Source: Patescibacteria group bacterium
GTDB lineage: Bacteria; Patescibacteriota; UBA1384; XYA2-FULL-43-10
NCBI GenBank assembly: GCA_041674405.1
Contig: JBAYVT010000001.1
Coordinates: 90,001 to 122,000 of the forward strand
Length of the DNA stretch: 32,000 bases
Direction of reading: 5' to 3'
Positions 1 to 9,687 of this stretch are shown piece after piece. The translations under genes and the position numbers were made by a program. Position 1 is the first letter of the stretch; each line of letters begins with the position of its first letter. Below the pieces are notes generated by a model. It made no database searches, had not been told where the DNA came from, and saw only the letters and a list, made by a program, of their open reading frames with translations.

Positions 1-31
1 GCCCGCGGTTCAAATCCGCGCACCCCGACCA
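1..31 (+). tRNA. 3' end of a truncated tRNA, probably tRNA-Pro
   Basis: T-arm CGCGG-TTCAAAT-CCGCG followed by acceptor strand CACCCCG, discriminator A and encoded CCA. The acceptor strand is identical to tRNA-Pro(TGG) at 9808-9884. The anticodon lies outside the window. Confidence 0.7.
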
Positions 32-73
32 TAGTATTTAATCAACCATTTAATATATTCCTATATAAACTTC

Positions 74-108
74 AACGCCTCCCGCATGCAACACGGGAGG
101 CGTTTTTT
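74..108 (+). terminator. Intrinsic terminator after the partial tRNA
   Basis: AACGCCTCCCG ... CGGGAGGCGTT, an 11-bp perfect stem followed by a T-run. Confidence 0.85.
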
Positions 109-131
109 GTTCTGTTTTCCCTCCTTCTGGG

Positions 132-3100
132 CTATCTCGGGTGCTCCATGCACCAGGTGTACATGTTCTGGATGGCGGTCAGCCAGGGGCTGGCCTTGAG
201 TCGTTTCCAGCTATCGGGCATCCAGGGCAGCTGCCAGAGCTGCCAGAGCCGCTCGATGTGCGGCATGGTGATGACGTGGCGACCATCCGGCGTGCAGAGA
301 CCGGCGATGCCGTAGGGGCTTCCGTTCGGGTTGAACGGATAATCCATAGTGGCCTCGCCGTCTGGCCCGACATAGGTCATCGGGACCAGGTTGTTCGTGC
401 GGATCCAGTCCAGCACGCTTTGGTCGTGGCAGTAGAGCCGGCCTTCGCCGTGCGCTACGATGATGCCGAGGATCGAGTTCTCCATGCCCTTGAACATAAT
501 GGCGGGAGATTGCCCAACCTTGACCGTCACGTAGCGCGACTCGAACATCCCGGACTCGTTCTTAAGGAAGCGTGGCCTACGCTCAAGAGGCAGGGACTGG
601 TCGGGAGCGATCCCAAGCAGGGCAGCAGTCTGCGTTCCGTTGCAGGCGTGGTAGCTCAGAGTATCTTTCCGCTCGAAGAAGAATCTGCGGTACTGCTCCC
701 ACGCCAGAGGGTTCTCCTCGATTGATGCAGCCCAGCCCACTCCCGACTCCATTGGCTCGTCCTGGTAGGAAAAGCCGCCGACCTCGGCCGCGACTCGAAA
801 GTCGTCGAGCGTTGACCGACCGTCTATGAAGTCAGTCGTCATAAGGTCGTAGGGATCGAAACCGGCCTGGTAAAACATCCCCGCCATCTCGCGATCGCCG
901 TTGCTGCCCGGTGCGCGAATGATGGCTACCTTAGGCCGGTCATTTCTCCGCAGTATTTTGGCTGACGTCGGTCGGGGGACAAACGTCAGCATGTACGGCG
1001 GAGGCACGAGCAGAGTCGGAATGGTATTGCGCTCTTGCTCGATGCACTTGGGGTTGGTGTCAATGGCGTCGAGCTGGAACGAGGTCTCCATCCAGGCTTG
1101 GCGCAGATTGACCATCGGTGACCGGTGGACAATCTTGCCATTGTGTTTGACCTGAATTTGTGGAGATTTCGAACGCTTGACGCCGGCGATCACGTTGGCT
1201 TTCAGGCCGGAAGCTCGGTAGTGTTTGACCACTTGCCGCGCGTCCTTCGCCCTGCAGCCAATGACGACTCCCGGAACCTCCGAGAAGTAGTGCCGAAGCC
1301 AGCCGAAGCGGCCTGCACTCGCAATCTCGAGGCCGACGCCGGAGACGAAGGCCGTCTCGAGCAGGGTGGTGATCAGTCCGCCATCACTGATATCGTGCAG
1401 CATCCTGATCTCTCCAGACTCGAGTAGATTCTGAGTCGTTTCGAAGTAGCTGATCACTCGCTCGATGTTGACGTCCGCGCAATCGTCGCCCGTCTGGCCG
1501 TAAACCTGCGAAAGCGCGCTTGCGCCGAGAGGCTTGTAGTCCGGCGACAGGTCGACATGAATCAGAGTGTCAACATCGTCCTCGATCACCGGAGTGACCT
1601 TGACAGTGATGTCGGGCATCTGTGCCGCTAGAGTGACGAATATGGTTACCGGCCACTTGACCTTGGTAACCTCGCCGGCTGGGCTCTGTGCCAGGTTGTT
1701 GCCAGAGCTGGAGTCCTTGCCGCCTAGCTGGCGCATGCCGATCTGGATTTGTGCTTCAGCCAGGGCACTGGCGGTCTCTTCGATGATCACGCCCTCGCCG
1801 GGCGCTTTTGCATCGGAGAACCAGTTGATCTCGCAGTTCACGTCACCCAGGTTGGTGATCTTTGCCCCGGAGATGCTGATCAGAGCCTCGGCCAGAGTCA
1901 TTCTCGCCGTTGCACCGCCGGAAATGAGGCCGAGGTGCGGGCGGACAGCCGACGCCATGACGGTGCCGACCGTGTCGAGGAAGCTGTTGGCCATGATCCA
2001 GTAGTCGGATGCCGGTAGTTGGTAGGGGCCGATGCATGACTGCTGGGCGATCCGGCCAGAGACTGATCGGTCCACCCTGTTTGTCAGCCAGCCCTTAGAG
2101 GCTACCGACGGTAGCCGCAATACCCGATCGAGCGCATCCGCCATCGTAAGCTCGTCAGGCAGGCGAAGCGAGTGTCTCGTCGGAGCGACTGATTCGATGT
2201 CGAACGTCTTCTGGGGGCGCTTGCCGAAGATCGGCGCGAGCGGCAGGTTGATCGGATTCCGGTCCCGAGTATCGGCCCAGTCATCTCGGAAGATTACTCG
2301 GCCGGTATCGGTAAAGACGCCGATCTCGTTTGATGGGCACCGCTCACGATGCGCCGCCATCGCTACGAACTCAGCAGGCGCTCCAGGACTGTAACTGTGG
2401 TACTGCTGCTCCTGTGACTCGTTGTTGACGAAGACGTCTGGAGACATGGTCAGGTCGCCGCTCGGTTCGGAACGCATATCAACTTCGACGCCGCATGACT
2501 CGGCCGTCTCGGCGATTGCTGTTCCGTCTCCGCCGGCTCCTCCGTCTTTCGCCCACTCGATCGGGTTTTCCCCACCACGTTCGATGCAGGCGCGTGTGAG
2601 CCTGACACCCCTCTGCTGCATCTCCGGGCCACCCCGCTGGACGCTGTCGAAGTCCTGACTCATTGCCAATTCGAGGTTGTCTCCGACCCCTGCTGACGTC
2701 GAGCTGCGGAATCCGCCGCCCAAGCCAACCGGAAGTCGGGGTCCCCCGTCCTTCTCCAGAATCTTGCCCGGGGTAGGCGGAATCTTGTCCACGTGCTCTT
2801 CGCGGAGCAGTGAGAGTCCGCCGGTGAAAACGATCGGCTTGAAGAAACTCCGATAACCATCACCCGGATCAACGCCGAAGGTGAAGAATCCGGCTCCGCC
2901 AGGCACTGCTTCGCCCAAGGCGTTGCCGAATCCCCAAGCTCCTAGGCGGGCTTCAGTCGCGATCTCCAAGGGCGCGACAGCGCCGATCGGAATCCAGGGG
3001 TTCTCCCACGGTTGGGTATACCCCGGAATGTTGAGGTTGCCGACGATGAGCGCAAAGTGCCCACAGCCCATTTCGGCCCCTCTGCCAACGGTGAAGTTGT

Positions 3101-4031
3101 CCCGGACCCTGGCGACGCCGGTGGCTGCGCCCTCCCTTGGATCTACCTTGGAGGGATGGCAGTGCGATTCGTCAGCCAAAACCGGGTGGAGATAGACGAT
3201 CTGGGGAGCAAGGATCGAGGGCTTGCCGGGCTCGGAAGGCACTAGGACCTCAACCGCCCGAAAGCCTGCGAAACAAGACCCCTCGTCATGGAAGCCGATG
3301 CGGGCATTGCCAGGATTGGTTTTCCAAGGCAACTTAGCATAGTCCATGAGCGTCATCGGCGCTTCCCGGCCATCGATCCGCCGCCGTCCCTTCCAGTAGC
3401 CGTGGTAGCAGTGTTCTGACCACTGGTTGCCAAGGTACCGGAGTTCGGCGTCGGTGGCGTCGCGCTTTTCCAGATCGTGGAACATGGCGTACACGTCGTG
3501 TAAGTCCTGCTCGTCGAAGGAGATGCCTGTCCTGCCACAGAACTCCTCGAGCGCCGGCATGCCCTGTGACATGATCGGCACCCAAATGAGCGGGTCTCGT
3601 GGCCGCCCCGACTCGAGCGTTGTGAGCGGATGCTCGTAGCGCTCTTGGGTCATGCGGTCGAAGACCATCCTGTGGAATAGGGCAGAGAGGAAGGATGATA
3701 TCTCCTCCTCGGATAACTGGTCGTGGAATCCCATGCGAGTCGAGCGCTCAACGCGCTCCACTCGGGGAATCGTGCAGTCATGGAAGACTGCTGTCGTGGT
3801 TGATGATGCCACCGTCATGAAGTTGAGCCTTGGCCCGACCTCGATGACAGTTGGGCAGTCGGAAAGGAAGCTGTCCTCACCGATACCCTCTGGCATGTAA
3901 CTCGCGGCCAAGCGGCGCTTCAAGATTGACATCGCGCGGTTGTCCAGCGAAGTTTCCGCCTGAACGTACAGGCAGAACTCCGTCTGGATCTGGCCTCTCT
4001 CAAAGCCACCTACGCGTTCCAGTCTCTCCAC
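132..4031 (-). CDS. purL: Phosphoribosylformylglycinamidine synthase, large single-chain type with C-terminal glutamine amidotransferase domain
   Basis: 1299-aa ORF with PurL-like motifs (LRYLGNQWSEHCYHGYWKGRR, GGAGGDGTAIAE, LHDISDGGL) and a C-terminal class I GATase section (VAIIRAPGSNGDREMAGMF, ACNGTQ). GTG start in the ORF track; the exact start is uncertain. Confidence 0.93.
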   Translation of the reverse strand: MERLERVGGFERGQIQTEFCLYVQAETSLDNRAMSILKRRLAASYMPEGIGEDSFLSDCPTVIEVGPRLNFMTVASSTTTAVFHDCTIPRVERVERSTRMGFHDQLSEEEISSFLSALFHRMVFDRMTQERYEHPLTTLESGRPRDPLIWVPIMSQGMPALEEFCGRTGISFDEQDLHDVYAMFHDLEKRDATDAELRYLGNQWSEHCYHGYWKGRRRIDGREAPMTLMDYAKLPWKTNPGNARIGFHDEGSCFAGFRAVEVLVPSEPGKPSILAPQIVYLHPVLADESHCHPSKVDPREGAATGVARVRDNFTVGRGAEMGCGHFALIVGNLNIPGYTQPWENPWIPIGAVAPLEIATEARLGAWGFGNALGEAVPGGAGFFTFGVDPGDGYRSFFKPIVFTGGLSLLREEHVDKIPPTPGKILEKDGGPRLPVGLGGGFRSSTSAGVGDNLELAMSQDFDSVQRGGPEMQQRGVRLTRACIERGGENPIEWAKDGGAGGDGTAIAETAESCGVEVDMRSEPSGDLTMSPDVFVNNESQEQQYHSYSPGAPAEFVAMAAHRERCPSNEIGVFTDTGRVIFRDDWADTRDRNPINLPLAPIFGKRPQKTFDIESVAPTRHSLRLPDELTMADALDRVLRLPSVASKGWLTNRVDRSVSGRIAQQSCIGPYQLPASDYWIMANSFLDTVGTVMASAVRPHLGLISGGATARMTLAEALISISGAKITNLGDVNCEINWFSDAKAPGEGVIIEETASALAEAQIQIGMRQLGGKDSSSGNNLAQSPAGEVTKVKWPVTIFVTLAAQMPDITVKVTPVIEDDVDTLIHVDLSPDYKPLGASALSQVYGQTGDDCADVNIERVISYFETTQNLLESGEIRMLHDISDGGLITTLLETAFVSGVGLEIASAGRFGWLRHYFSEVPGVVIGCRAKDARQVVKHYRASGLKANVIAGVKRSKSPQIQVKHNGKIVHRSPMVNLRQAWMETSFQLDAIDTNPKCIEQERNTIPTLLVPPPYMLTFVPRPTSAKILRRNDRPKVAIIRAPGSNGDREMAGMFYQAGFDPYDLMTTDFIDGRSTLDDFRVAAEVGGFSYQDEPMESGVGWAASIEENPLAWEQYRRFFFERKDTLSYHACNGTQTAALLGIAPDQSLPLERRPRFLKNESGMFESRYVTVKVGQSPAIMFKGMENSILGIIVAHGEGRLYCHDQSVLDWIRTNNLVPMTYVGPDGEATMDYPFNPNGSPYGIAGLCTPDGRHVITMPHIERLWQLWQLPWMPDSWKRLKASPWLTAIQNMYTWCMEHPR

Positions 4032-4230
4032 TGCGCCACTCCCTAAAGCTGGGACTCTGTACAGCCTCCGAAGCGCGGACAGATCTCATCACTCTCCTTC
4101 TCTCACATCGATTTGTGGTACGCAAAAACCAACATTGCATTCGATTGGTTTCCGTGATCACAATATCAAATATACTAAATTGGAACAATGCACTGAAAAT
4201 TTTAAGGATTAAGATAAAACGACATTAAAA

Positions 4231-4256
4231 AACACCATTCAATTGGTGATTTTTTC
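4231..4256 (-). terminator. Second hairpin of a tandem terminator downstream of the HU gene
   Basis: CACCA TTCAAT TGGTG stem flanked by an A-run and a T-run; possibly bidirectional. Confidence 0.5.
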
Positions 4257-4262
4257 TGAATA

Positions 4263-4300
4263 AACAAAAACGCCTCGAGTACTCGCGGACGTTTTTGTTA
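4263..4300 (-). terminator. Terminator downstream of the HU gene
   Basis: AACAAAAACG-CC ... GG-A-CGTTTTTGTT inverted repeat immediately 3' of the HU stop codon. Confidence 0.7.
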
Positions 4301-4316
4301 TAGAATTGTCAGATTG

Positions 4317-4589
4317 TTATTTGACTGCAGACCTAAGTGATCGGCTTGGTTTAAATCTTGGCATTTTCGAAGCAGGGATCTTGATCGGCGAACCAGTTCG
4401 TGGGTTCACGCCAGATCGAGCCTTGCGTTTGCCAACATCAAACGTGCCAAATCCTGTAAGAGTAACCTTTCCACCCTTAGCGATCTCTTTCGCAATAAGA
4501 TCGAGCATTGTCTGCACTCCGACCTCAGCTTCTCTTCGAGATAGTCCGGTTTTTCTTGCTACCTCGTTGATGACTTCATTTTTGTTCAT
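4317..4589 (-). CDS. HU/IHF family DNA-binding protein
   Basis: MNKNEVINEVARKTGLSRREAEVGVQTMLDLIAKEIAKGGKVTLTGFGTFDVGKRKARSGVNPRTGSPIKIPASKMPRFKPSRSLRSAVK. Start moved to the ATG at 4589, which has a GAGAGG Shine-Dalgarno; the ORF track extends to 4616. Confidence 0.93.
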   Translation of the reverse strand: MNKNEVINEVARKTGLSRREAEVGVQTMLDLIAKEIAKGGKVTLTGFGTFDVGKRKARSGVNPRTGSPIKIPASKMPRFKPSRSLRSAVK

Positions 4590-4612
4590 AACATCCTCTC
4601 TATTTACTTCGC

Positions 4613-5401
4613 TCAAGGCTTAATAACTTTCGATACCCTTTTTATATTTAGCGCTTTTTTGGTTTTTTTATCAATTTCAATTATCACAGCGTTCAAAATC
4701 ATCTCTCCACTTGCTACTTTATGAGACTTTGGAAGCTGTGTCAAGAATTTTTCAATGATAATCTCCTTTTTCACACCCAAGACAGAATCTTGCGGTCCAG
4801 TCATGCCGACATCACTGATATATGCTGTTCCATCAGGAAGAACTCTCTCATCAGCAGTTTGAATGTGAGTATGCGTGCCGATGATGGCTGATACTTTGCC
4901 ATCCAAATAAAATCCTAGAGCAACTTTTTCGCTCGTAGCTTCAGCGTGAAAATCAATGATTATAATTTTGTCGGCATATTTTTCAGCAATGTCACGGCCA
5001 ATTTTGAATGGGTCGGCAAGTTCCTCGTCCATAAAGACTCGTCCCTGGAGATTGACCAGCACTAGCCCGTCTTCGATTTCACGAACGCCTGATCCAGGCA
5101 TATTGTCAGGATAATTCTCCGGGCGCAGCACCCGAAGAGATGGGTCGCCAAGATGATCAACAATATCTTGGTTATTCCAGATATGATTGCCGGAAGTAAA
5201 ATAGTCAATGCCGGATTCGATCATTTCCTCATATTTGCCAAAAGTCATGCCCTTACCAGAAGCGAGGTTTTCGCCGTTGGCGATGACTAAATTTACCTTC
5301 TCGCTCGCTTGAAGTAAAGGAATCATCAATTTCGCCGCGCGTCTGCCTGGTTTTCCAACAATATCACCGATAAATAATATCTTTAATGTCTTTTCTGCCA
5401 T
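4613..5401 (-). CDS. ymdB: YmdB/TIGR00282-type metallophosphoesterase
   Basis: LKILFIGDIVGKPGR, NGENLASGKG, SGNHIWNNQDI, IIDFHAEATSEK, IGTHTHIQTADE. It follows rny, a conserved neighbourhood. The internal Met at 5401 is the likelier start. Confidence 0.9.
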   Translation of the reverse strand: MAEKTLKILFIGDIVGKPGRRAAKLMIPLLQASEKVNLVIANGENLASGKGMTFGKYEEMIESGIDYFTSGNHIWNNQDIVDHLGDPSLRVLRPENYPDNMPGSGVREIEDGLVLVNLQGRVFMDEELADPFKIGRDIAEKYADKIIIIDFHAEATSEKVALGFYLDGKVSAIIGTHTHIQTADERVLPDGTAYISDVGMTGPQDSVLGVKKEIIIEKFLTQLPKSHKVASGEMILNAVIIEIDKKTKKALNIKRVSKVIKP

Positions 5402-5417
5402 AAATTTGATTTTCGAA

Positions 5418-6941
5418 TTATTTCGCAAACTCGACTGCTCTTACTTCTCGTATGACCTGAACCTTCACTTGACCCGGATACTGGACCTCTTCCTCAATCT
5501 TTCGTGCAATTTCTTTTGCTAGCTTGGCAGATGCGAGATCGTCAATTTCCTCCGGCTGAACCAAGACACGCACTTCACGGCCAGCCTGTATTGCAAACGA
5601 CTTCTCAACGCCATCGAATGAGTTAGCGACGCGCTCAAGCTCGGTAAGGCGTTTGATGTAGGATTCAGTCGACTCGCGACGAGCGCCGGGCCTGGCAGAC
5701 GAAATAGCATCGGCAATTTGAACAATAGCCGCTTCTTTGGTCTTGATCTCAACATCTTCGTGATGGGCTTCAATTGCATGAATAAGGTCGGCTGGAAGCT
5801 TATATTTTCGGGCAATATCAGCCGAAATAACTGCATGTGAACCAGGAACTTCGTGATCAACGGCTTTGCCAAGATCGTGAAGCAAACCCGCTTTCTTGGC
5901 AAGCGCCGCATCAGCACCGATTTCATCAGCAAGGAGCGCACCTATTTTTGCCACCTCAACCGCATGATGAAGCTGATTTTGTCCATAAGAAGTCCTGTAC
6001 TTTAGGCGACCGAGTATTCGTGAAATCTCCGGTGGCAGGCCGGCTACGCCAACCTCAATTGCCGCCTCTTCACCGGCTTTCTTAATATCAGCAGCTACAA
6101 CTTCTTTGGCCTTGGCATAAGCTTCTTCAATTCTCGCCGGATGAATTCGGCCGTCGGCGATGAGTGATTCAAGTGTAACTTTGGCTACCTGGCGGCGAAT
6201 CGGATCGAACGAAGACAAGACTACTGCCTCCGGCGTATCATCGATAAGAAGATCAACACCGGTAACTTTTTCAAATGCTTGAATATTTCTACCTTCTCGG
6301 CCAATGATGCGGCCCTTCATCTCGTCTGACGGTAAGGCAACGGTCGAGACGGTATTTTCAGAGGCGGTCTCGGCAGCAATTCGTTGCATCGCTGAAAGCA
6401 CTATTTCTCGAGCCTTCTCATCAGCGTTTTCCTTCACATATGTTTCAACTTCTTTGATTTTTTTAATCAAATCCTCTTTCCCCTCTTTCTCAACAACATT
6501 AAGAAGAACTTTTTTTGCCTCATCTTTGCTCATTGAGGCAATTTTTTCCAAACTTTTTTCTTGTTTTACTCGAAGCTCTCGCAGAGTGTTTTTAATCTCT
6601 TCAATTTGTTTTTCCTTGGTGCTCATCGCTTTGCCGCGTTTATCAACCTCATCAAATCGGCTATCTACGACTGATTCCTTGCGGCGCAACTCTCGCTCTA
6701 AATCTTCCAAATACTTTCCCTTTTTGTCCACTTCCTTTTTTGCTTCCTCTTTTTCTTTGATCGCTGCATCCTTGGCCTCAAGTAGAATTTCCTTTTCTTT
6801 GGTCCGTGCGTCTTCTACTAATTTTTCCGCTTTTGCTGCTGCACTCGCAATCTTGTTGCCAGACTGGACCTTCCACAATGCAAAACCAGCAATTCCACCA
6901 ACAAGAAGGCCGGCGATTGCGGTCAGAATTAGATTAATCAT
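5418..6941 (-). CDS. rny: Ribonuclease Y
   Basis: N-terminal TM helix, long coiled coil, KH domain (MKGRIIGREGRNIQAFEKVTGVDLLIDDTPE) and HD domain (LLHDLGKAVDHEVPGSH). Start placed at the ATG at 6941. Confidence 0.96.
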   Translation of the reverse strand: MINLILTAIAGLLVGGIAGFALWKVQSGNKIASAAAKAEKLVEDARTKEKEILLEAKDAAIKEKEEAKKEVDKKGKYLEDLERELRRKESVVDSRFDEVDKRGKAMSTKEKQIEEIKNTLRELRVKQEKSLEKIASMSKDEAKKVLLNVVEKEGKEDLIKKIKEVETYVKENADEKAREIVLSAMQRIAAETASENTVSTVALPSDEMKGRIIGREGRNIQAFEKVTGVDLLIDDTPEAVVLSSFDPIRRQVAKVTLESLIADGRIHPARIEEAYAKAKEVVAADIKKAGEEAAIEVGVAGLPPEISRILGRLKYRTSYGQNQLHHAVEVAKIGALLADEIGADAALAKKAGLLHDLGKAVDHEVPGSHAVISADIARKYKLPADLIHAIEAHHEDVEIKTKEAAIVQIADAISSARPGARRESTESYIKRLTELERVANSFDGVEKSFAIQAGREVRVLVQPEEIDDLASAKLAKEIARKIEEEVQYPGQVKVQVIREVRAVEFAK

Positions 6942-7101
6942 GGTTCCCTTTCTAGAGACTGGATATACCAATATTACAATTCTAGCCCTTCATAATTTGA
7001 ATGCCCGATATGGTATATCTAAAGTCAAAAGTAGTTAATAGGTATTTTAAAATCTGAATCCCCTTCGATAAAAGCATACAGAAATTTTCGATTTTCGTCA
7101 A

Positions 7102-7971
7102 TTAGATATTTCCAATGTGAATATATTTCAACCCCACTTTGTGGCCGATTTTTCGTGCCAGTTCGAGAGTTTTTCTCGGAGTAATTTCTCCGGTCATTTT
7201 CCAAGCCGGAAAAAAGCGTGAGATGTGCCAAGGGGTTTCGGGCGATAATTTTTTGGCAATAAATTCTGCGATTTGAGTTAATTCCTTTTGCGAATCATTA
7301 AGGCCTGGGATTATCAGTGTTGTTATTTCCAAATAAACTTTGTGTTTGTAGATCATCTCAATGTTTTTCAAAATGGGTTCGAGCTTCGCGCCACAAAATT
7401 TCTGATATGTTTTGTCTTTATAAGATTTCAGATCGACATTTATCGCATCGAGATATGGAAGAATTAATTTAAGCGACTCATCCGACATGTACCCATTGGA
7501 AACCCAAATATTTTTCAATCCTTTTTTCTTAGCAAGCTTCATTGTGGAAAGCGCGTATTCAATAAACATCGTCGGCTCTGTGTAAGTGTATGAAATCGAT
7601 GGACATTCATTTTTAATCGCAGAAGCGACATGTTCACCCGGCGAAATCTCCTCGCCGGGGATGTTACCAGCTGGTTTATGCCCTTGCGATATTTCCCAAT
7701 TTTGGCACCAATCACAGCGAAAATTGCAGCCGACCGTGGCAAATGAATATGTGAATGTCCCAGGAAGAAAATGATAGAGCGGTTTTTTCTCAATCGGGTC
7801 GAGGGAGACGGCAATTGATTTGCCAAAATTTAAGGCAAATAATTTCCCCCCCTTATTTTCCCGTACGCCGCACACTCCCCTACTACCATCGGAAATTTTG
7901 CAAAAATGGTTGCAAACACCGCATTGCACTCTTTTGCCGGATAACTTTTTGTAGATCAAAGCTTCTTTCAT
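7102..7971 (-). CDS. amrS: AmmeMemoRadiSam-type radical SAM protein (AmrS-like)
   Basis: N-terminal Cys motif CGVCNHFCKISDGSRGVCGV and radical SAM motif CNFRCDWC, followed by YTYTEPTMFIEYALSTMKLAKKKGLKNIWVSNGYMS. Confidence 0.88.
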   Translation of the reverse strand: MKEALIYKKLSGKRVQCGVCNHFCKISDGSRGVCGVRENKGGKLFALNFGKSIAVSLDPIEKKPLYHFLPGTFTYSFATVGCNFRCDWCQNWEISQGHKPAGNIPGEEISPGEHVASAIKNECPSISYTYTEPTMFIEYALSTMKLAKKKGLKNIWVSNGYMSDESLKLILPYLDAINVDLKSYKDKTYQKFCGAKLEPILKNIEMIYKHKVYLEITTLIIPGLNDSQKELTQIAEFIAKKLSPETPWHISRFFPAWKMTGEITPRKTLELARKIGHKVGLKYIHIGNI

Positions 7972-8071
7972 AATTTGATTTTATCAAATTTTATACGGCA
8001 AAAATTGTGGCAAATCCTAAAGATTTTTTAATTAAGGTATTTTACGATTTTGTTATAACAAAGGAGACGGC

Positions 8072-8449
8072 ATGGCTAAAATATCTTGGTTCGAAATCTT
8101 AGCCGACGATAATGCAAGGGCGAAATATTTTTACGAAAGTATTTTTGGTTGGAAGATAAATAAAACCAGCGACGATTACGAGTATTGGATGATTCAGCAG
8201 GAATCCGACGATGACATCGGTGGCGGAATAATGAACCGAAAAATGGTGGATACAAGGACCAAGATCACTGGTTTTGTTGACTCGATTCCGGTGGACTCTG
8301 TTGATAAGTACGCCGAAACTATCAAAATGCATGGCGGAATTTCCATAAAAGAAAAGCACGCCATTCCCGGCTATGGTTGGCACCAGTATTTTATGGACAC
8401 CGAAGGCAACATTTTCGGAATCATGGATCAAGACTCAACCGCAAAATAG
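8072..8449 (+). CDS. VOC/glyoxalase-fold family protein
   Basis: ISWFEILADDNARAKYFYESIFGWKI ... GYGWHQYFMDTEGNIFGIMDQDSTAK, typical VOC repeat termini. A potential AGGAG Shine-Dalgarno lies upstream. Confidence 0.85.
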   Translation: MAKISWFEILADDNARAKYFYESIFGWKINKTSDDYEYWMIQQESDDDIGGGIMNRKMVDTRTKITGFVDSIPVDSVDKYAETIKMHGGISIKEKHAIPGYGWHQYFMDTEGNIFGIMDQDSTAK

Positions 8450-8498
8450 ACTTTATATTACAAAAATTACGTCGTCCGATTCCACAACAAAAAACGCC

Positions 8499-8522
8499 CA
8501 GTCAATAGGCTGAGCATTTTTT
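8499..8522 (-). terminator. Terminator of the tRNA array
   Basis: Minus strand: AAAAAATGCTCAGCC-TATTGAC-TGGGCGTTTTTTG. Imperfect stem with U-run directly after tRNA-Glu. Confidence 0.55.
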
Positions 8523-8596
8523 GGTAGCGCCAAGGGGAATCGGACCCCTGTTACCACATTGAAAGCGTGGTGTCCTAACCACTAGACGATGGCGCC
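8522..8596 (-). tRNA. tRNA-Glu(TTC)
   Basis: Cloverleaf read on the minus strand, anticodon arm CCACG-CTTTCAA-TGTGG, CCA encoded. Confidence 0.95.
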
Positions 8597-8642
8597 TCAA
8601 CTGGTTTTCCGTGAGCGATCCATCACAGGAAGGTGAATCGAA

Positions 8643-8717
8643 TGGTGGATTGCCTGGGACTCGAACCCAGAACCAATGGCTTAAGAGGCCACTGCTCTAC
8701 CATTGAGCTAGCAATCC
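8643..8717 (-). tRNA. tRNA-Lys(CTT)
   Basis: Acceptor GCAATCC... wait-strand form GGATTGC/GCAATCC pairs; anticodon arm GTGGC-CTCTTAA-GCCAT; CCA encoded. Confidence 0.93.
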
Positions 8718-8718
8718 A

Positions 8719-8795
8719 TGGTACGCCCTGAGGGATTCGAACCCCCGACTTCCACGTCCGAAGCGTGGCGCTCTAATCCGCTGAGCTAAGGGCGC
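8719..8795 (-). tRNA. tRNA-Arg(TCG)
   Basis: Anticodon arm CCACG-CTTCGGA-CGTGG, acceptor GCGCCCT/AGGGCGT, CCA encoded. Confidence 0.95.
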
Positions 8796-9322
8796 ATACT
8801 ATTGATAAATTTCTTAACTTCGGAAAGACAGATTTCCATCCGATTTGAGAAATTGTTGTTATTAATTGTTAATGTTACATCGTTGCTATATGATTTCAGA
8901 AATTCATCATGTTCTGTATATAATTTATCGATCTGAGACATTGTGTTTGCATATTCTTTGTATTGATATAATTCTCTGACAAATTGCTTGGTCAAATCAA
9001 CACTAATCACAAACCATTTATAATCAGAATCTGAAAGCAGCTGTTTTACATTTTTCCATTTTCGATCGACGCTTGCATCTAAAATGAAATCTGTTCTGTT
9101 ATTAACTATCTTTTTAAGTCGATCATCCCTAGTGCGAACAAATAATTCCTGATCTAGAATTTTTGACCTTGTATCTTCGTGAATTTCGCTTCTAATTGCG
9201 TCGTTGCTGAATATGGGCAAAGCCAAATTCCAAGAAAGAAAAGTAGCAATCGGTGTTTTTGACGTGCCGACCATGCCAGCAAAAGCAATACAGATAGGTT
9301 TTTTTAGTGGATTTGGAGTCAA
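8786..9322 (-). CDS. Small P-loop kinase-like or ATP-binding protein inside the tRNA array
   Basis: 178-aa ORF with a degenerate Walker A (AGMVGTSKTPIA) near the N-terminus, then a nucleotide-kinase-like arrangement (FSNDAIRSEI). TTG start. The stop codon lies inside tRNA-Arg(TCG). Confidence 0.7.
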   Translation of the reverse strand: MTPNPLKKPICIAFAGMVGTSKTPIATFLSWNLALPIFSNDAIRSEIHEDTRSKILDQELFVRTRDDRLKKIVNNRTDFILDASVDRKWKNVKQLLSDSDYKWFVISVDLTKQFVRELYQYKEYANTMSQIDKLYTEHDEFLKSYSNDVTLTINNNNFSNRMEICLSEVKKFINSMRP

Positions 9323-9340
9323 GTTGACCAGCTATCTTTA

Positions 9341-9416
9341 TGGGGCGGCCAACGGGAATTGAACCCATGATTGCAGTGCCACAAACTGCCGTGATAACCA
9401 CTTCACTATGGCCGCC
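9341..9416 (-). tRNA. tRNA-His(GTG)
   Basis: Anticodon arm GCAGT-TTGTGGC-ACTGC, extra G-1 opposite C73, CCA encoded. Confidence 0.94.
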
Positions 9417-9526
9417 ATATGCATTAGTCAAAAGTCCATAAAGTTTGTAAAGTTCATAAAGTCTTCTGAATTTACTTTATAGACTTTCAACTTTTCACTT
9501 TCGACTCGCCCCGATTTATTGGGGCA

Positions 9527-9602
<76 letters not shown>

Positions 9603-9678
9603 TGGAGCGGGTAAACGGAATCGAACCGTCCTCTCCACCTTGGAAGGGTGGCATAATAAACCACTATACGATACCCGC
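9603..9678 (-). tRNA. tRNA-Gly(TCC)
   Basis: Acceptor GCGGGTA/TACCCGC, anticodon arm CCACC-CTTCCAA-GGTGG, CCA encoded. It abuts tRNA-Arg(TCT) with no spacer. Confidence 0.95.
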
Positions 9679-9687
9679 ACTGCTTCT

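Noticed and set aside
141-3900. Numerous ORFs antisense or out of frame to purL
   Set aside because: GC-rich coding DNA routinely yields long shadow ORFs. The 1299-aa frame matches PurL end to end.
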